A stretch of 64,000 nucleotides of DNA from assembly GCA_964016885.1 (NCBI GenBank), contig OZ024752.1, positions 30,070,001 to 30,134,000 on the forward strand, given 5' to 3'. Shown here piece by piece: positions 27,991 to 40,922 of the stretch. Under the pieces are notes generated by a model. The model saw only the letters and a list, made by a program, of their open reading frames with translations. It did not search any database and was not told the origin of the DNA. Origin of the DNA: Eledone cirrhosa (lineage: Eukaryota). The number at the start of each line of letters is the position of its first letter. Within the stretch, counting starts at the first letter, position 1. The translations under genes and the position numbers were made by a program.

Positions 27991-28733
27991 GGAAGAGAGA
28001 GGAAGAAAGAAGTTTCCTTCGTCAGCTGTAAATGTATCCCGAACCGATGTTTCGGCGCTGAATTACAGGACATCGGTGTAGTTCGGGTGTGCCCGAGGCC
28101 TTTTATTAATCAAAAGGCCAGGTGGAAAAGGAGAGAGAAAAAGAGAGAACAAAAGGAGAGAGAAAAGGAAAGAGAGGGAAAGGAGGAAAAACGTGGGGGG
28201 GGGAAAGAGGTAGAGGGGGAAAATAGGAAAGGAATGGAAGAAAAAAAGTGTACAGATCCCATCGTGGGAAGACACAGGTGAAAGAAACATGCAGCCCATG
28301 TCCCTCTCTCACTTTCTCCTGTCTATATGATAGGCAGCATGATTATACCAGCTCTGAGTCGTAGCTGACCCCCAGGCTAAAGTCTCCCAGGCTGGCCACA
28401 AATTACTTTCCCTATTTTTCCACGGTTACTTTTTTGCATGTTTCTTTCATCTGTGTCTTCCCACGATGGGATCTGTACACGTTTTTTTCTTCCATTCCTT
28501 TCCTATTTTCCCCCTCTACCCCCCCCCCCCCGTTTTTCCTCCTTTCCCTCTCTTTCCTTTTCTCTCTCCTTTTGTTCTCTCTTTTTCTCTCTCCTTTTCC
28601 ACCCGGCCTTTTGATTAATAAAAGGCCTCGGGCACACCCGAACTACACCGATGTCCTGTAATTCAGCACCAAAACATCGGTTCGGGATACATTTACAGCT
28701 GACGAAGGAAATTCTTTTCTTCCTCTCTCCTCC
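27991..28733. mobile_element. ~300-bp inverted repeat (27991-28293 / 28435-28733), PLE-terminus-like
   Basis: Arms are reverse complements with few mismatches around a ~140-bp spacer; flanked by (TA)n. Confidence 0.8.
28016..28087 (-). ncRNA. Candidate non-circularly permuted hammerhead ribozyme
   Basis: ACCGATG-TC-CTGTAA ttcagcg CC-GAAA-CATCGGT tcgggatacat TTACAG-CTGACGA-A-GG. All core nucleotides and three stems are present but in reversed segment order. Confidence 0.6.
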
Positions 28734-28817
28734 TGTTCCATCCTAACCACCATCCTAAACCTTGTTTTTCGTAACCACACAGCTCCTTTCGTTTCATAAC
28801 TTTATATATATATATAT

Positions 28818-29143
28818 GGAGGCACATGGCTTAGTGGTTAGAGTATTGGCCTTGCAATCAAAAGGTTGTGAGTTCAATTCTCAGACCGGGTGATGTGTTG
28901 TTTCCTTGAGCAAGACACTTTATTTCACATTGCTCCAGTTTACTCAGCTGTAGAAATGAGATGATAGGGACTGGGGTCCATATCATTCCACTGCAAAGTG
29001 GACGTGTAGGCGCCACGGCAAAAAAGCACCCAGCACTCACTGTAAATGAGGTTGGTGTTAAGAAGAGCATCCAGCTGTAGAAATCAAGCCAGATTCAGTT
29101 CCTGTCCCACCCTTGCAAGCAAGGAAAAAGCGGGCGTAAAATG
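28818..29143 (+). mobile_element. CORE-type SINE family 1
   Basis: Near-identical to the other copies. Confidence 0.85.
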
Positions 29144-29360
29144 GAAATGAAAAATAAAAAATATATATATATATATAGTTCAAGGAAACAACAAGACAGT
29201 ACAAAAAGTCTTATTAGTTTCATGCTTTATATGGAAAAAAGAGGAAAGAAAGTTTGATGTGTTGGGCTTTAGCCCTTCTTCAGGAGTACAAAAACTAGAG
29301 ACAGGATCACAAGGAATAGATACAGAAAATAAAAAGTAGTCCATAGTAAAAATACGAAAA

Positions 29361-29616
29361 TAATTGTTTCTACTTTTTGGCACAAGGCCAGCAATTACCC
29401 AGTACATTACTGGTACTTTATTTTATCGACCCCGTAAGGATGAAAGGCAAAGTCAACCTCGGCGGGATTTGAACTCAGACCGTAAAGGGACGTAACTATG
29501 CTGGAAATACGAAAATAATGAGAGTAGACAAGACCAGCCATTAAGGTAGTGTTGGTAAAATATATATATACTTATGTATGAATATATATATATATTTGCT
29601 CTACAGGTATATATAC

Positions 29617-29664
<48 letters not shown>

Positions 29665-29887
29665 TATACACACTAGAAGAGTTATCTAACAGTTATTAAG
29701 CGAAATAAAGCATTTCAAATATTTTAAAATAATAATTGTTTCTACTTTTGGCACAAGACCAGCAATTATCCCAGTGCATTACTGGTACTTTATTTTATCG
29801 ACCCCCGTAGGAATGAAAGGCAAAGTGAACCTCGACGCAGACCGTAAAGAGACATAACTATGCTGGAAAGCATGGTGTCTGACTCTC
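29361..29887 (-). mobile_element. Two SINE family 2 copies (29361-29507, 29733-29887)
   Basis: CTGGTACTTTATTTTATCGACCCCGTA.G.ATGAAAGGCAAAGT in both. Confidence 0.8.
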
Positions 29888-29974
29888 TATTGATATTTTA
29901 AAATATTTAAAAATAATAATGAAGCACAGACAAGCAAGCAAGCAAAATATATATACTTTGTAAATATTTAAAAG

Positions 29975-31930
29975 TATGTGTGTGAGGGTGTATCTGCCTC
30001 TCTGAGCATGTGTGAGTGTGTCTCTGCCTCTCTGTGCATGTGTGAGTGTGTCTCTGCCTCTCTGTGTGTGTTGGTGCATGGGTGTTTGTGTGAGTGTGTC
30101 TCTGCCTCTCTGTGCATGTGTGAGTGTGTCTCTGCCTCTCTGTGCATGTGTGAGTGTGTCTCTGCCTCTCTGTGTGTGTTGGTGCATGGGTGTTTGTGTG
30201 AGTGTGTCTCTGCCTCTCTGAGCATGTGTGAGTGTGTATCTGCCTCTCTGTGTGTGTTGGTGCATGGGTGTTTGTGTGAGTGTGTCTCTGCCTCTCTGTG
30301 TGTGTTGGTGCATGGGTGTTTGTGTGAGTGTGTCTCTGCCTCTCTGTGCATGTGTGAGGGTGTATCTGCCTCTCTGAGCATGTGTGAGTGTGTATCTGCC
30401 TCTCTGTGTGTGTTGGTGCATGGGTGTTTGTGTGAGTGTGTCTCTGCCTCTCTGTGTGTGTTGGTGCATGGGTGTTTGTGTGAGTGTGTCTCTGCCTCTC
30501 TGAGCATGTGTGAGGGTGTATCTGCCTCTCTGAGCATGTGTGAGGGTGTATCTGCCTCTCTGTGTGTGTTGGTGCATGGGTGTTTGTGTGAGTGTGTCTC
30601 TGCCTCTCTGTGCATGTGTGAGGGTGTATCTGCCTCTCTGTGTGTGTTGGTGCATGGGTGTTTGTGTGAGTGTGTCTCTGCCTCTCTGTGCATGTGTGAG
30701 GGTGTATCTGCCTCTCTGTGTGTGTTGGTGCATGGGTGTTTGTGTGAGTGTGTCTCTGCCTCTCTGTGCATGTGTGAGTGTGTCTCTGCCTCTCTGTGTG
30801 TGTTGGTGCATGGGTGTTTGTGTGAGTGTGTCTCTGCCTCTCTGTGCATGTGTGAGTGTGTCTCTGCCTCTCTGTGTGTGTTGGTGCATGGGTGTTTGTG
30901 TGAGTGTGTCTCTGCCTCTCTGTGCATGTGTGAGGGTGTATCTGCCTCTCTGTGCATGTGTGAGGGTGTATCTGCCTCTCTGTGCATGTGTGAGTGTGTA
31001 TCTGCCTCTCTGTGTGTGTTGGCGCATGCGTGTTTGCGTGAGTGTATCTCTGCCTCTCTGAGCATGTGTGAGTGTGTATCTGCCTCTCTGTGTGTGTTGG
31101 TGCATGCGTGTTTGCGTGAGTGTATCTCTGCCTCTCTGAGCATGTGTGAGTGTGTATCTGCCTCTCTGTGTGTGTTGGCGCATGCGTGTTTGCGTGAGTG
31201 TGTCTCTGCCTCTCTGAGCATGTGTGAGTGTGTATCTGCCTCTCTGTGTGTGTTGGTGCATGGGTGTTTGTGTGAGTGTGTCTCTGCCTCTCTGTGCATG
31301 TGTGAGGGTGTATCTGCCTCTCTGTGTGTGTTGGTGCATGGGTGTTTGTGTGAGTGTGTCTCTGCCTCTCTGTGCATGTGTGAGGGTGTATCTGCCTCTC
31401 TGTGTGTGTTGGTGCATGGGTGTTTGTGTGAGTGTGTCTCTGCCTCTCTGTGCATGTGTGAGTGTGTCTCTGCCTCTCTGTGTGTGTTGGTGCATGGGTG
31501 TTTGTGTGAGTGTGTCTCTGCCTCTCTGTGCATGTGTGAGGGTGTATCTGCCTCTCTGTGTGTGTTGGTGCATGGGTGTTTGTGTGAGTGTGTCTCTGCC
31601 TCTCTGTGCATGTGTGAGGGTGTATCTGCCTCTCTGTGTGTGTTGGTTCATGCGTGTTTGCGTGAGTGTGTCTCTGCCTCTCTGTGCATGTGTGAGGGTG
31701 TATCTGCCTCTCTGTGTGTGTTGGCGCATGCGTGTTTGCGTGAGTGTGTCTCTGCCTCTCTGAGCATGTGTGAGTGTGTATCTGCCTCTCTGTGTGTGTT
31801 GGTGCATGCGTGTTTGCGTGAGTGTGTCTCTGCCTCTCTGAGCATGTGTGAGTGTGTATCTGTCTCTCTGTGTGTGTTGGTGCATATGTGAGTGTGTCTC
31901 TGCCACTGTGTGTGTGTGTGGCATTGTTTG
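29975..31930. repeat. Compound minisatellite of ~28-bp and ~44-bp units (TCTGCCTCTCTGTG core)
   Basis: Direct inspection; source of the 547-688 aa spurious ORFs. Confidence 0.95.
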
Positions 31931-32370
31931 TGTCTGTGCCTCAGTGTCTGTATCTATGTTTTATCTCTGTCAATATATGCAAACATAAGGAAAACATAGA
32001 ATACAATTAATAATAATTTCATTGAAATGCAGTAATGCAGACCACAGCGTAATGATAATTTATCTCAGTTTTAATTGATCTTATATACGTATACATACAT
32101 ACATACATTATATATATATATATATATATATATATAACCCATGCTAGCATGGGAAAATGTTAAATGGTGATGATGAATGAATATATATATATATGTATAT
32201 ATATACACACATAATATACATATATACATAATATATATATACATGCATAATATACATATACATGCATAATATACATACATACATAAATAAATATACATAT
32301 ATGTTTATATATATATATATATACACACACATAAAAACACATATACACACACACACATAAAAACACATAT

Positions 32371-32440
<70 letters not shown>

Positions 32441-32766
32441 GGAGGCACATGGCTTAGTGGTTAGAGCATTGGCCTTGCAATCGAAAGATTGTGAGTTCAA
32501 TTCTCAGACCGGGTGATGTGTTGTTTCCTTGAGCAAGACACTTTATTTCACATTGCTCCAGTTTACTCAGCTGTAGAAATGAGATGATAGGGACTGGGGT
32601 CCATATCATTCCACTGCAAAGTGGTCATGGAGGTGCCACGGCAAAAAAGCATCCAGCACTCACTGTAAATGAGGTTGGTGTTAAGAAGGGCATCCAGCTG
32701 TAGAAATCAAGCCAGCATCAGTTCCCGTCCCACCCTTGCAAGCAGGGAAAAGTGGACGTAAAATGA
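32441..32766 (+). mobile_element. CORE-type SINE family 1
   Basis: Near-identical to the other copies; follows (TA)n. Confidence 0.85.
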
Positions 32767-33369
32767 AATGATGATGAAATGATGATGATATACACGTACA
32801 TATAAACACATATACATATATACATACATATATATATTCACACATACACAAGGTGGAGAGAGACTGTGCTGGTGAAGAAGGATCTAAACATGCAAGCATA
32901 GACAGACAGGCATTAAATGCTGATGGTGATGATGATATGTATATATTATATTGTTTTTCTAGCAAATTTTCTTATTAAATTCATTAATTATATTTTATTA
33001 ATTAAATATTTTGGTTGTTTGTTGTTTACAATGTGTGTGTATATATGGGGTGGGGAGTAGGAGGTTAGCTTATAAAGGGATGTGTTGAAATCTAAACTCT
33101 GAAGTGTATGTTGGCGGCAGTAGGGTGGGGGTGGGGATCAACACAAATAGTATTTAGTAAAATAAGAAATAAGTAATGTAGAATATGGTATCTATTGCTG
33201 GATTCCCTTCTTAATACCAGTGATGATACAAACTCAACAAAAAACTGTAATTACTTTTTATTTCACATGTTAACTTCATATTGATTAGAAAAAAAAAGAA
33301 AAAAAAGAAAGAAATTGTCTTAAATTTGAATTTAAACAGAAGTTTCTCTCCAGTTTTGGAAAGAAACTT

Positions 33370-33575
33370 CTGGATTTTATGGGCAAAACCAACCAGCAGG
33401 AGACTCAGGGTAGACCCCAAGCAAGATGGTCAGATAATATCCATGAGGTTGGCTGGTCTCGCTTAAGGATCCAGCTGGATCAGTTGGAGATGGTTGCTTC
33501 TGACAGGATCTGTTGGCAGGAGTGTTTGGGGACTCTGCCCACACAACCCTCTCAGGAATAAGTGGATGAAGAAGA
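33370..33575 (+). mobile_element. RTE-like LINE 3' end fragment
   Basis: Translation ILWAKPT..RR / GRPQARWSDNI...ASDRICWQ followed by a GAAGAAGAA tail. Confidence 0.55.
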
Positions 33576-33749
33576 AAATGATCAAGAAGTTCTGCAACAG
33601 GCAGAAAGCTATTACAAAGTTAAAGCAAATATTTGATATTTAAAATATATGGTGTTATATATGTAGGTGCCACGACAAAAATACCACCCAGGGCACACTG
33701 TAAATATAACTGATGCAAGAAATTTCAACAGTGAGATTAATTCTTAGTT

Positions 33750-34065
33750 ATCATCATCATCATAGTCATCATCATTTAACGTCCGCTCTCCTGGCTAGTA
33801 AGGGTTTCACAGGTTTTCACAGACCGAGTCTCTACTGAAGTGGGGCCACTGACTGCATAGACAGGCTGGGGGTTTGCATCTCACTTACATGTGGTTTCAT
33901 GTTCTACTGAGTGCATTTTATCATGGCACCTGCACAAGAGAGATTGTTATGTCTCTGTTACATCTGAAGAGTCCTCCCAAACTTTTGTTTGGCAAGTTTT
34001 CTATGGCTGGATGTCCTTCCTACTACCAACCACTTTACAGCATGTACTGGGTGCTTTTATCATGT
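33750..34065 (-). mobile_element. Old RTE 3' UTR fragment
   Basis: (CAT)n, TTTAACGTCCG and TTTCTATGGCTGGATGTCCTTCCTACTACCAACC resemble 56240-56390. Confidence 0.5.
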
Positions 34066-34683
34066 AGATCACCGACACCAGGGAGCGAAGTAAGCGTGTG
34101 TATGTCTGTCTATTGATAAGAGATGGTAAAACCAGTGCATTGAATGAAAATACCCGGTGGCATATTGATCTAAGCCAATCACTTCACTTTCCATCTAGTC
34201 AACTTTATATTTCATTTGTCTCCAAGGATGGTAGAGAAAGTACTAGACAAAGTTCATATAAACATAGAACGAAGCAGTGAAAGAGTAAAAAAATATATTA
34301 TTCGTAATTGAATATATTTTTCAATACTTAATAATATCTTAATATCTAAAAGAAACTGTGTTGCTATGCTATTTGCTGAACGAGTTTCTATTGCAGTTAG
34401 TCTCACTTTCAGATTTTAAATATACTTCATAGCTTAAATATACTTCATAGCCTGCTCAATATATAAAATATAAAATAAAACTGAGCAACATATTTCATGT
34501 CTAAACAACTTGTCATAAAGGAAATCTTTATGAAAGAAATAGTAACTTTTTGTAGTAATCATTAACAATGATCTATCAGGGTTATTAGGGGGAAATATCT
34601 AGCTATCAAAGCCAGCACCAGACCAACATATTTAGTACTCTAATTTAGCCTTACTATTTGTTCATGCTTCTTTGTGTTATGTG

Positions 34684-34983
34684 CAAGGTTGGATTTAGAC
34701 CTTGGGGGATCCCGGGGCACTTCAGGTTTTTTGGGGGGTGGCGGCGGGGGGGGGGGGGGGGGGGGGGCACTCATACACAAAAAAATTAGAATACACAGCA
34801 AACCCCACAATTTTACATATTAGTTAGCTTGGTGCAAGTAATTGGAATTGAAAGTTATACATACAGATATTAAATTAAAAAAATTCTAACCATCCTAAAA
34901 ATCCCAGCTGACGGCACAAATAAATTGTTACGGTTGTCGCTGGTGGGGCCAGGGGCAATTGGCCCCCATTAAATCCAGCCCTA
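34684..34983. mobile_element. hAT-type MITE
   Basis: Imperfect TIRs CAAGGTTGGATTTA / TAAATCCAGCCCTA with 8-bp TSD GTTATGTG at 34676-34683 and 34984-34991. Confidence 0.8.
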
Positions 34984-35507
34984 GTTATGTGTCCCATTCT
35001 CCCAAATAAAAAAGTTCAACTTACATTTGGTAAGCTGAAGAACTTAGCTTTTGAGACTTCTTTCTCTGACCAGACAAACAAGAATTACTAAGCCTCCATG
35101 TTTTACTACACAGTTCACACTCAACTATGCCAAATCATGTGACAGTTCAAAAGATCATATGACCCTTCACACCACTTTGAATATTTCCACAATTCTGCTA
35201 TACAGTAAAGATGGTTCATAATTTATTTATTGATTGCAGGAAATTATTATATATTTTAGTGGTGGTGCTGATGATGATTTTTACCTTCCCAGAGGCAATA
35301 ATTTCTGAGATAAATGAGGAAAAATTCAAAGAATCAATTAAACAAACATGACAAAAACAGTGGCATCTAAGATTTTGGTGGTTAGAAAGAATGATGGAAG
35401 CTGGGGGAAAAGGAGAAAGAAATATAGAGCATAAACACAGACACATACACATATATATAGATATGGGTGAATCTTTGCATATCTCTCCCTCTCTCTCCCT
35501 CTCTCTC

Positions 35508-35510
35508 TCT

Positions 35511-35568
<58 letters not shown>

Positions 35569-35607
35569 TATATATATATACACACATATATATATATATA
35601 TACACAC

Positions 35608-35638
<31 letters not shown>

Positions 35639-35819
35639 TATATATATATATACACATATACATACATATATACATACATATATATATACACATACATATA
35701 TATATATACACATATACATATATATATACACATATACATATATATATACATATATATATACACATATACATATATATATACACATATACATATATATATA
35801 TATATACCTATACATATAT

Positions 35820-35864
<45 letters not shown>

Positions 35865-35907
35865 CATATATATACATATACATATATATATACATACATA
35901 TATATAC

Positions 35908-35944
<37 letters not shown>

Positions 35945-36553
35945 CATATAAATATATATATATACATGCACATATAATATATATATACATATACATACAT
36001 AGATATATATATATACATGCACATATAATATATATATATACATATACATACATACATTCATATATACATATACATATGCATATGTATGTATATATATGTA
36101 TATATGCATATGTATGTATATATACATATATATGTGTGTGTGTGTACATATATATGTATGTGTGTGTATATATATATATATTTGTGTGTATGTATATATA
36201 TATTTGTGTGTATGTATATATATATATGTATGTATATGTATACATATATGTATGTATATGTATACATATATGTATGTATATGTATACATATATGTATGTA
36301 TGTATACATATATGTATGTATGTATACATATATGTATGTATGTATACATATACATAGATACATATATGTATACATACATACATATATGTATACATATACA
36401 TACATATATGTATACATATACATACATATATGTATACATATACATACATATATGTATACATATACATACAGATATATATATACATATACATACACACATA
36501 TATATATATACACACACATATATATATATACACACACATATATATATACACAC

Positions 36554-36596
<43 letters not shown>

Positions 36597-36925
36597 CACA
36601 CACACACATATATATATATGTGTATACATACATATGCATATATACATATATATATACATACATATGCATATATACATATATATATACATACATATGCATA
36701 TATACATATATATATACATACATATGCATATATACATATATATATATACATACATATGCATATATACATATATATATACATACATATGCATATATATATA
36801 CACACACACACATATATACATATATATACACACACACAGATATATACACACACACATATACACACACATACACACACACATACACACACATATATACACA
36901 CATACACACACACATATATATATAT

Positions 36926-36957
<32 letters not shown>

Positions 36958-36958
36958 G
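35508..36958. repeat. (TA)n/(CATA)n/(TATG)n compound microsatellite
   Basis: Direct inspection. Confidence 0.95.
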
Positions 36959-37332
36959 AGATAGATACCAGCTTCTTAGCTTGCAGGTCATTACTCAACA
37001 TATCACTTTTCAATTAGGTGAAAACTATATGCCCTTGCAATTTAGGGTTAGATAACCAAGGAAGACAGACATTCAGTAGTTTTTTTCCAGACAAAAATTT
37101 ATGTAATATTCATGGTTTGAGAATTTACAGTAAGACGTAGTTGAACAGTAAATGAGAACATGTGAAATGCTGAACAGAGAACATATGATATATGCATACA
37201 TATTTATATCCAAATGTGTGATTTCTGCTTTTTTTGATGTGCTTAAATGTGCAAACCCATATGACATTAGAAATTATATGTACATACATAAACACATACA
37301 CACAAGCACACACATTATATAAATATATATAT

Positions 37333-37925
37333 ATGGCTTAGTGGTTAGAGCATTGGCCTTGCAATCGAAAGGTTGTGAGTTCAATTCTCAGACCAGGTGA
37401 TGTGGTGTTTCCATGGAGGCACATGGCTTAGTGCTTAGAGCATTGGCCTTGCAATCGAAAGGTTGTGAATTCAATTCTCAGACCAGGTGATGTGGTGTTT
37501 CCATGGAGGCACATGGCTTAGTGCTTAGAGCATTGGCCTTGCAATTGAAAGGTTGTGAGTTCAATTCTCAGACCAGGTGATGTGGTGTTTCCATGGAGGC
37601 ACATGGCTTAGTGCTTAGAGCATTGGCCTTGCAATCGAAAGGTTGTGAGTTCAATTCTCAGACCGGGTGATGTGTTGTTTCCTTGAGCAAGACACTTTAT
37701 TTCACATTGCTCCAGTTTACTCAGCTGTAGAAATGAGATGATAGGGACTGGGGTCCATATCATTCCACTGCAAAGTGGTCATGGAGGTGCCACAGCAAAA
37801 AAGCACCCAGCACTCACTGTAAATGAGGTTGGTGTTAGGAAGGGCATCCAGCTGTAGAAATCAAGCCAGAATCAGTTCCCGTCCCACCCTTGCAAGCAGG
37901 GAAAAAGCGGACGTAAAATGAAATG
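37333..37925 (+). mobile_element. CORE-type SINE family 1 with four tandem 90-bp tRNA-like heads
   Basis: ATGGCTTAGTG starts at 37333, 37423, 37513 and 37603; only the last continues into body and tail. Confidence 0.85.
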
Positions 37926-38109
37926 ATGAAATGATGAAATGATATATAGTAATAATAATAAATGTGAAGACTAAAATCCAAAGAGAGCTCGATAAGGATA
38001 AAATATACATCAAATATATAAGAACCATAGAGCAAATATTTATTAAAATAACAGATTAAAGCAGTGATTCTTTGCTTAAACTTTAATCTGTTATTTTAAT
38101 ATATATATA

Positions 38110-39040
38110 TATATTTGTTTTGCAAGGTTTTTTATATGAAATCTTGTGTCGAAACAAATATTGTTATACTTGGGGTGGGTCATATTGTTGTAATATTGCC
38201 AGAAATAATAACAGAACACACTCACTGTTTGGTTGGTTTTTGCTTCTGTATCTTTTATATCTCCATATTTAATTTATTTAGCAATCAATGTTTATCATTG
38301 ATTGACCAGCGGTTAAAAATACAGATATAAATATATATATATAGTCTATCAAAGTTCTTTCATTGCACATCTGCAACATCATCAGTGGTACATTTATGTT
38401 TCCTCCTGTTGTATTGTATGTCTACACCATTTTTATTTTTATTTATTTCTTTATTTCTTCTTGTCTCTGTCTCAGTTCATGCGTTTGTGTGTGTGTATAG
38501 TGTTTGGTGTATGTGTTCGCATTTGAGTGTATGGGTTTTTGTTTTTATATTCTATTTTTGTTCACTAGTGTGTGTTTATATGTGTTTGTTGTTATTGTAC
38601 TCGTGTATATATTTATTCATCTATTTATATTTCCCTTAAGTCAGTATTGTTTGTTTGGGTATGGTTGTTGTTATTCCATTCGTTTTTTTTCTGTTTAACT
38701 TCGGTATTCTTAGCTCTATCTCAGTTGCTTCTCTGATTTGTCTACCTGTAGAGTCATTTCTATACTTAGATAATATTCTAATTTCTATGTTGTCTATATT
38801 ACCGTCATGTCTTTGTCTGGTATATTCATATAGTACCGAACCATTTTTGTCCTTTTAGTTCCCCCCAGTGTTGGTCTATTCTTTCTCCTATGTTGTCTCA
38901 CCTATGTATGACGTTGTCATGTTTCTGCAAGTACCCTCTGTACATCTTATGCTATAGACTACATTTCTAGTTTTACAGTTTATCTGGGGGTTCATTCTAC
39001 ATATAACACATTTCTAATTTGTACAGTGGGTTTTCTTAAA
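38110..39040 (-). mobile_element. Penelope-like element 3' part (decayed GIY-YIG plus pLTR with hammerhead)
   Basis: Homologous to 61540-62450; minus strand reads CKTRNVVYSIRCTEGTCRNMTTSYIGET. HHR at 38347-38390. Confidence 0.8.
38347..38390 (-). ncRNA. Minimal hammerhead ribozyme in PLE pLTR
   Basis: TACCA-CTGATGA-T-GTTGCA gatg TGCAAT-GAAA-GAAC-TT-TGATA. Confidence 0.6.
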
Positions 39041-39213
39041 CTATCCTAAGTATTTCAATGTATGAGGATTCAACAGTTTTCTCAGTTCATTTTTTATGGT
39101 TATGCCTCAAATGGCACTGTAGTCCAGCTGCTGATTTAAACATCAAGCTACATTTAGTGCAGATGCTACACACATACATGCATGACCTGATTATATCATT
39201 ACATTTTAACTAT

Positions 39214-39381
39214 CAGGGTCGGACGCCATGCTTTGCAGCAAAGAGTTACGGCCCTTTATGATCAGAGTTCAAATCCCGCCGAGGTTAACTTTGCCTTTCA
39301 TCCTTACGGGGTCGATAAAATAAAGTACCAGTAATACACTGGGATAATTGCTGGCCTTGTGCCAAAAGTAGAAACAATTAT
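39214..39381 (+). mobile_element. SINE family 2
   Basis: B box GAGTTCAAATCCC plus Meta-like domain. Confidence 0.8.
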
Positions 39382-39974
39382 ATTTTATGAGTTTAGTGAT
39401 CTAAACATGAATTCATTTCATGTTTCTTGAGCTCTTATCAACTATGTGATGGCTTAAATGAAAAAAATTATTTTCATTAAATTTAGTCAATTTATTTTTC
39501 AATTATTGCTACATGTGTGTATATGTACATTACATGTATGTTTACACATGCACATATATAAGTTTCACTGATAACAGACAGTTTGAGAAGGTTTTATCAA
39601 GGATAACTCAAACTAACATTTGGTGTGTGTTACTCTAAAATAAATTCTTAGTTCCTTCTTGTTATTGAGTATTTTTTCTCAATTAATATAGTAATGTCCT
39701 TTGAAGTTTTTACTTTTTTAAAAAACATCTTCACCTAATATATATGCGGTGCCCCAGCATGGCCTCAGCCGGATGGCTGAAACAGGTAAAAAAAAAAATA
39801 AAAAAAAAATAAAAATAATATATATATGTATATATATGTGCATATCTATATACATATATATATACATATATAATTATAAATATAAGCTATCGCCGTATTA
39901 TGAAATTAAAGAAATATTTAGCCTGATAGTGGGGTTAAGAACCCCCGGAGAAATGGAAAAAGATGAGTATTGAC

Positions 39975-40066
39975 GTACATATATATATATATACATATAT
40001 ATAAATATACACATATAGATATACATATATAGATATACACATATATATTTACATACATATATATAC

Positions 40067-40103
<37 letters not shown>

Positions 40104-40122
40104 CATATATATATATACATAC

Positions 40123-40169
<47 letters not shown>

Positions 40170-40340
40170 CATATATATACATACATATATATACATATAT
40201 ATACATACATACATAAATATACATACATATATATACATACATACATAAATATACATACATATATATACATATATATACATACATATATATACATATATAT
40301 ACATACATATATATACATATATATACATACATATACATAC

Positions 40341-40409
<69 letters not shown>

Positions 40410-40418
40410 CATATATAC

Positions 40419-40465
<47 letters not shown>

Positions 40466-40513
40466 CATACATATATATACATATATATATATATGTACAT
40501 ATATATACATATA

Positions 40514-40548
<35 letters not shown>

Positions 40549-40550
40549 AC
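39975..40550. repeat. (TA)n/(CATA)n microsatellite
   Basis: Direct inspection. Confidence 0.95.
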
Positions 40551-40694
40551 AAAAAAAAATACCTATATGACACATGCTATTTACTTCATAATTTTAACAT
40601 TTGAAACTAAATATTAATTAATCACACTAACCTTACCCTGCTATTGCCCCATATGTCAATGCCTACATCTAAATGGAATATCAGTTGTGGAGTT

Positions 40695-40903
40695 GTACGT
40701 GGCCGTGTAGGTAACACGGTAAAAACCTCCCAGTTCCACACTGTAAATGTGGTTGGTGTTAGGAAGGGCATCCAGCTGTAGAAAACACGCCAGACAGTCC
40801 TATGCGAGCAAGACAACCACTCTTGCCTCAAGTGGGAAAACTCCCGTCCAAACCCATGCGAGCGTGGAATATGGATGTTAAACGAGGCTGATGATGATGA
40901 TGA
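40695..40903 (+). mobile_element. RTE LINE 3' terminal fragment
   Basis: Close reverse-complement match to 56230-56430; ends in (GAT)n. Confidence 0.8.
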
Positions 40904-40922
40904 TATATATATATATATACAG

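Noticed and set aside
29252-29287. Active hammerhead (minus strand CTGAAGA-A-GGGCtaaaGCCC)
   Set aside because: GAAA is replaced by AACA and stem I is broken; at most a decayed relic.
29858-31924. 547-688 aa ORFs
   Set aside because: Translation of a compound minisatellite.
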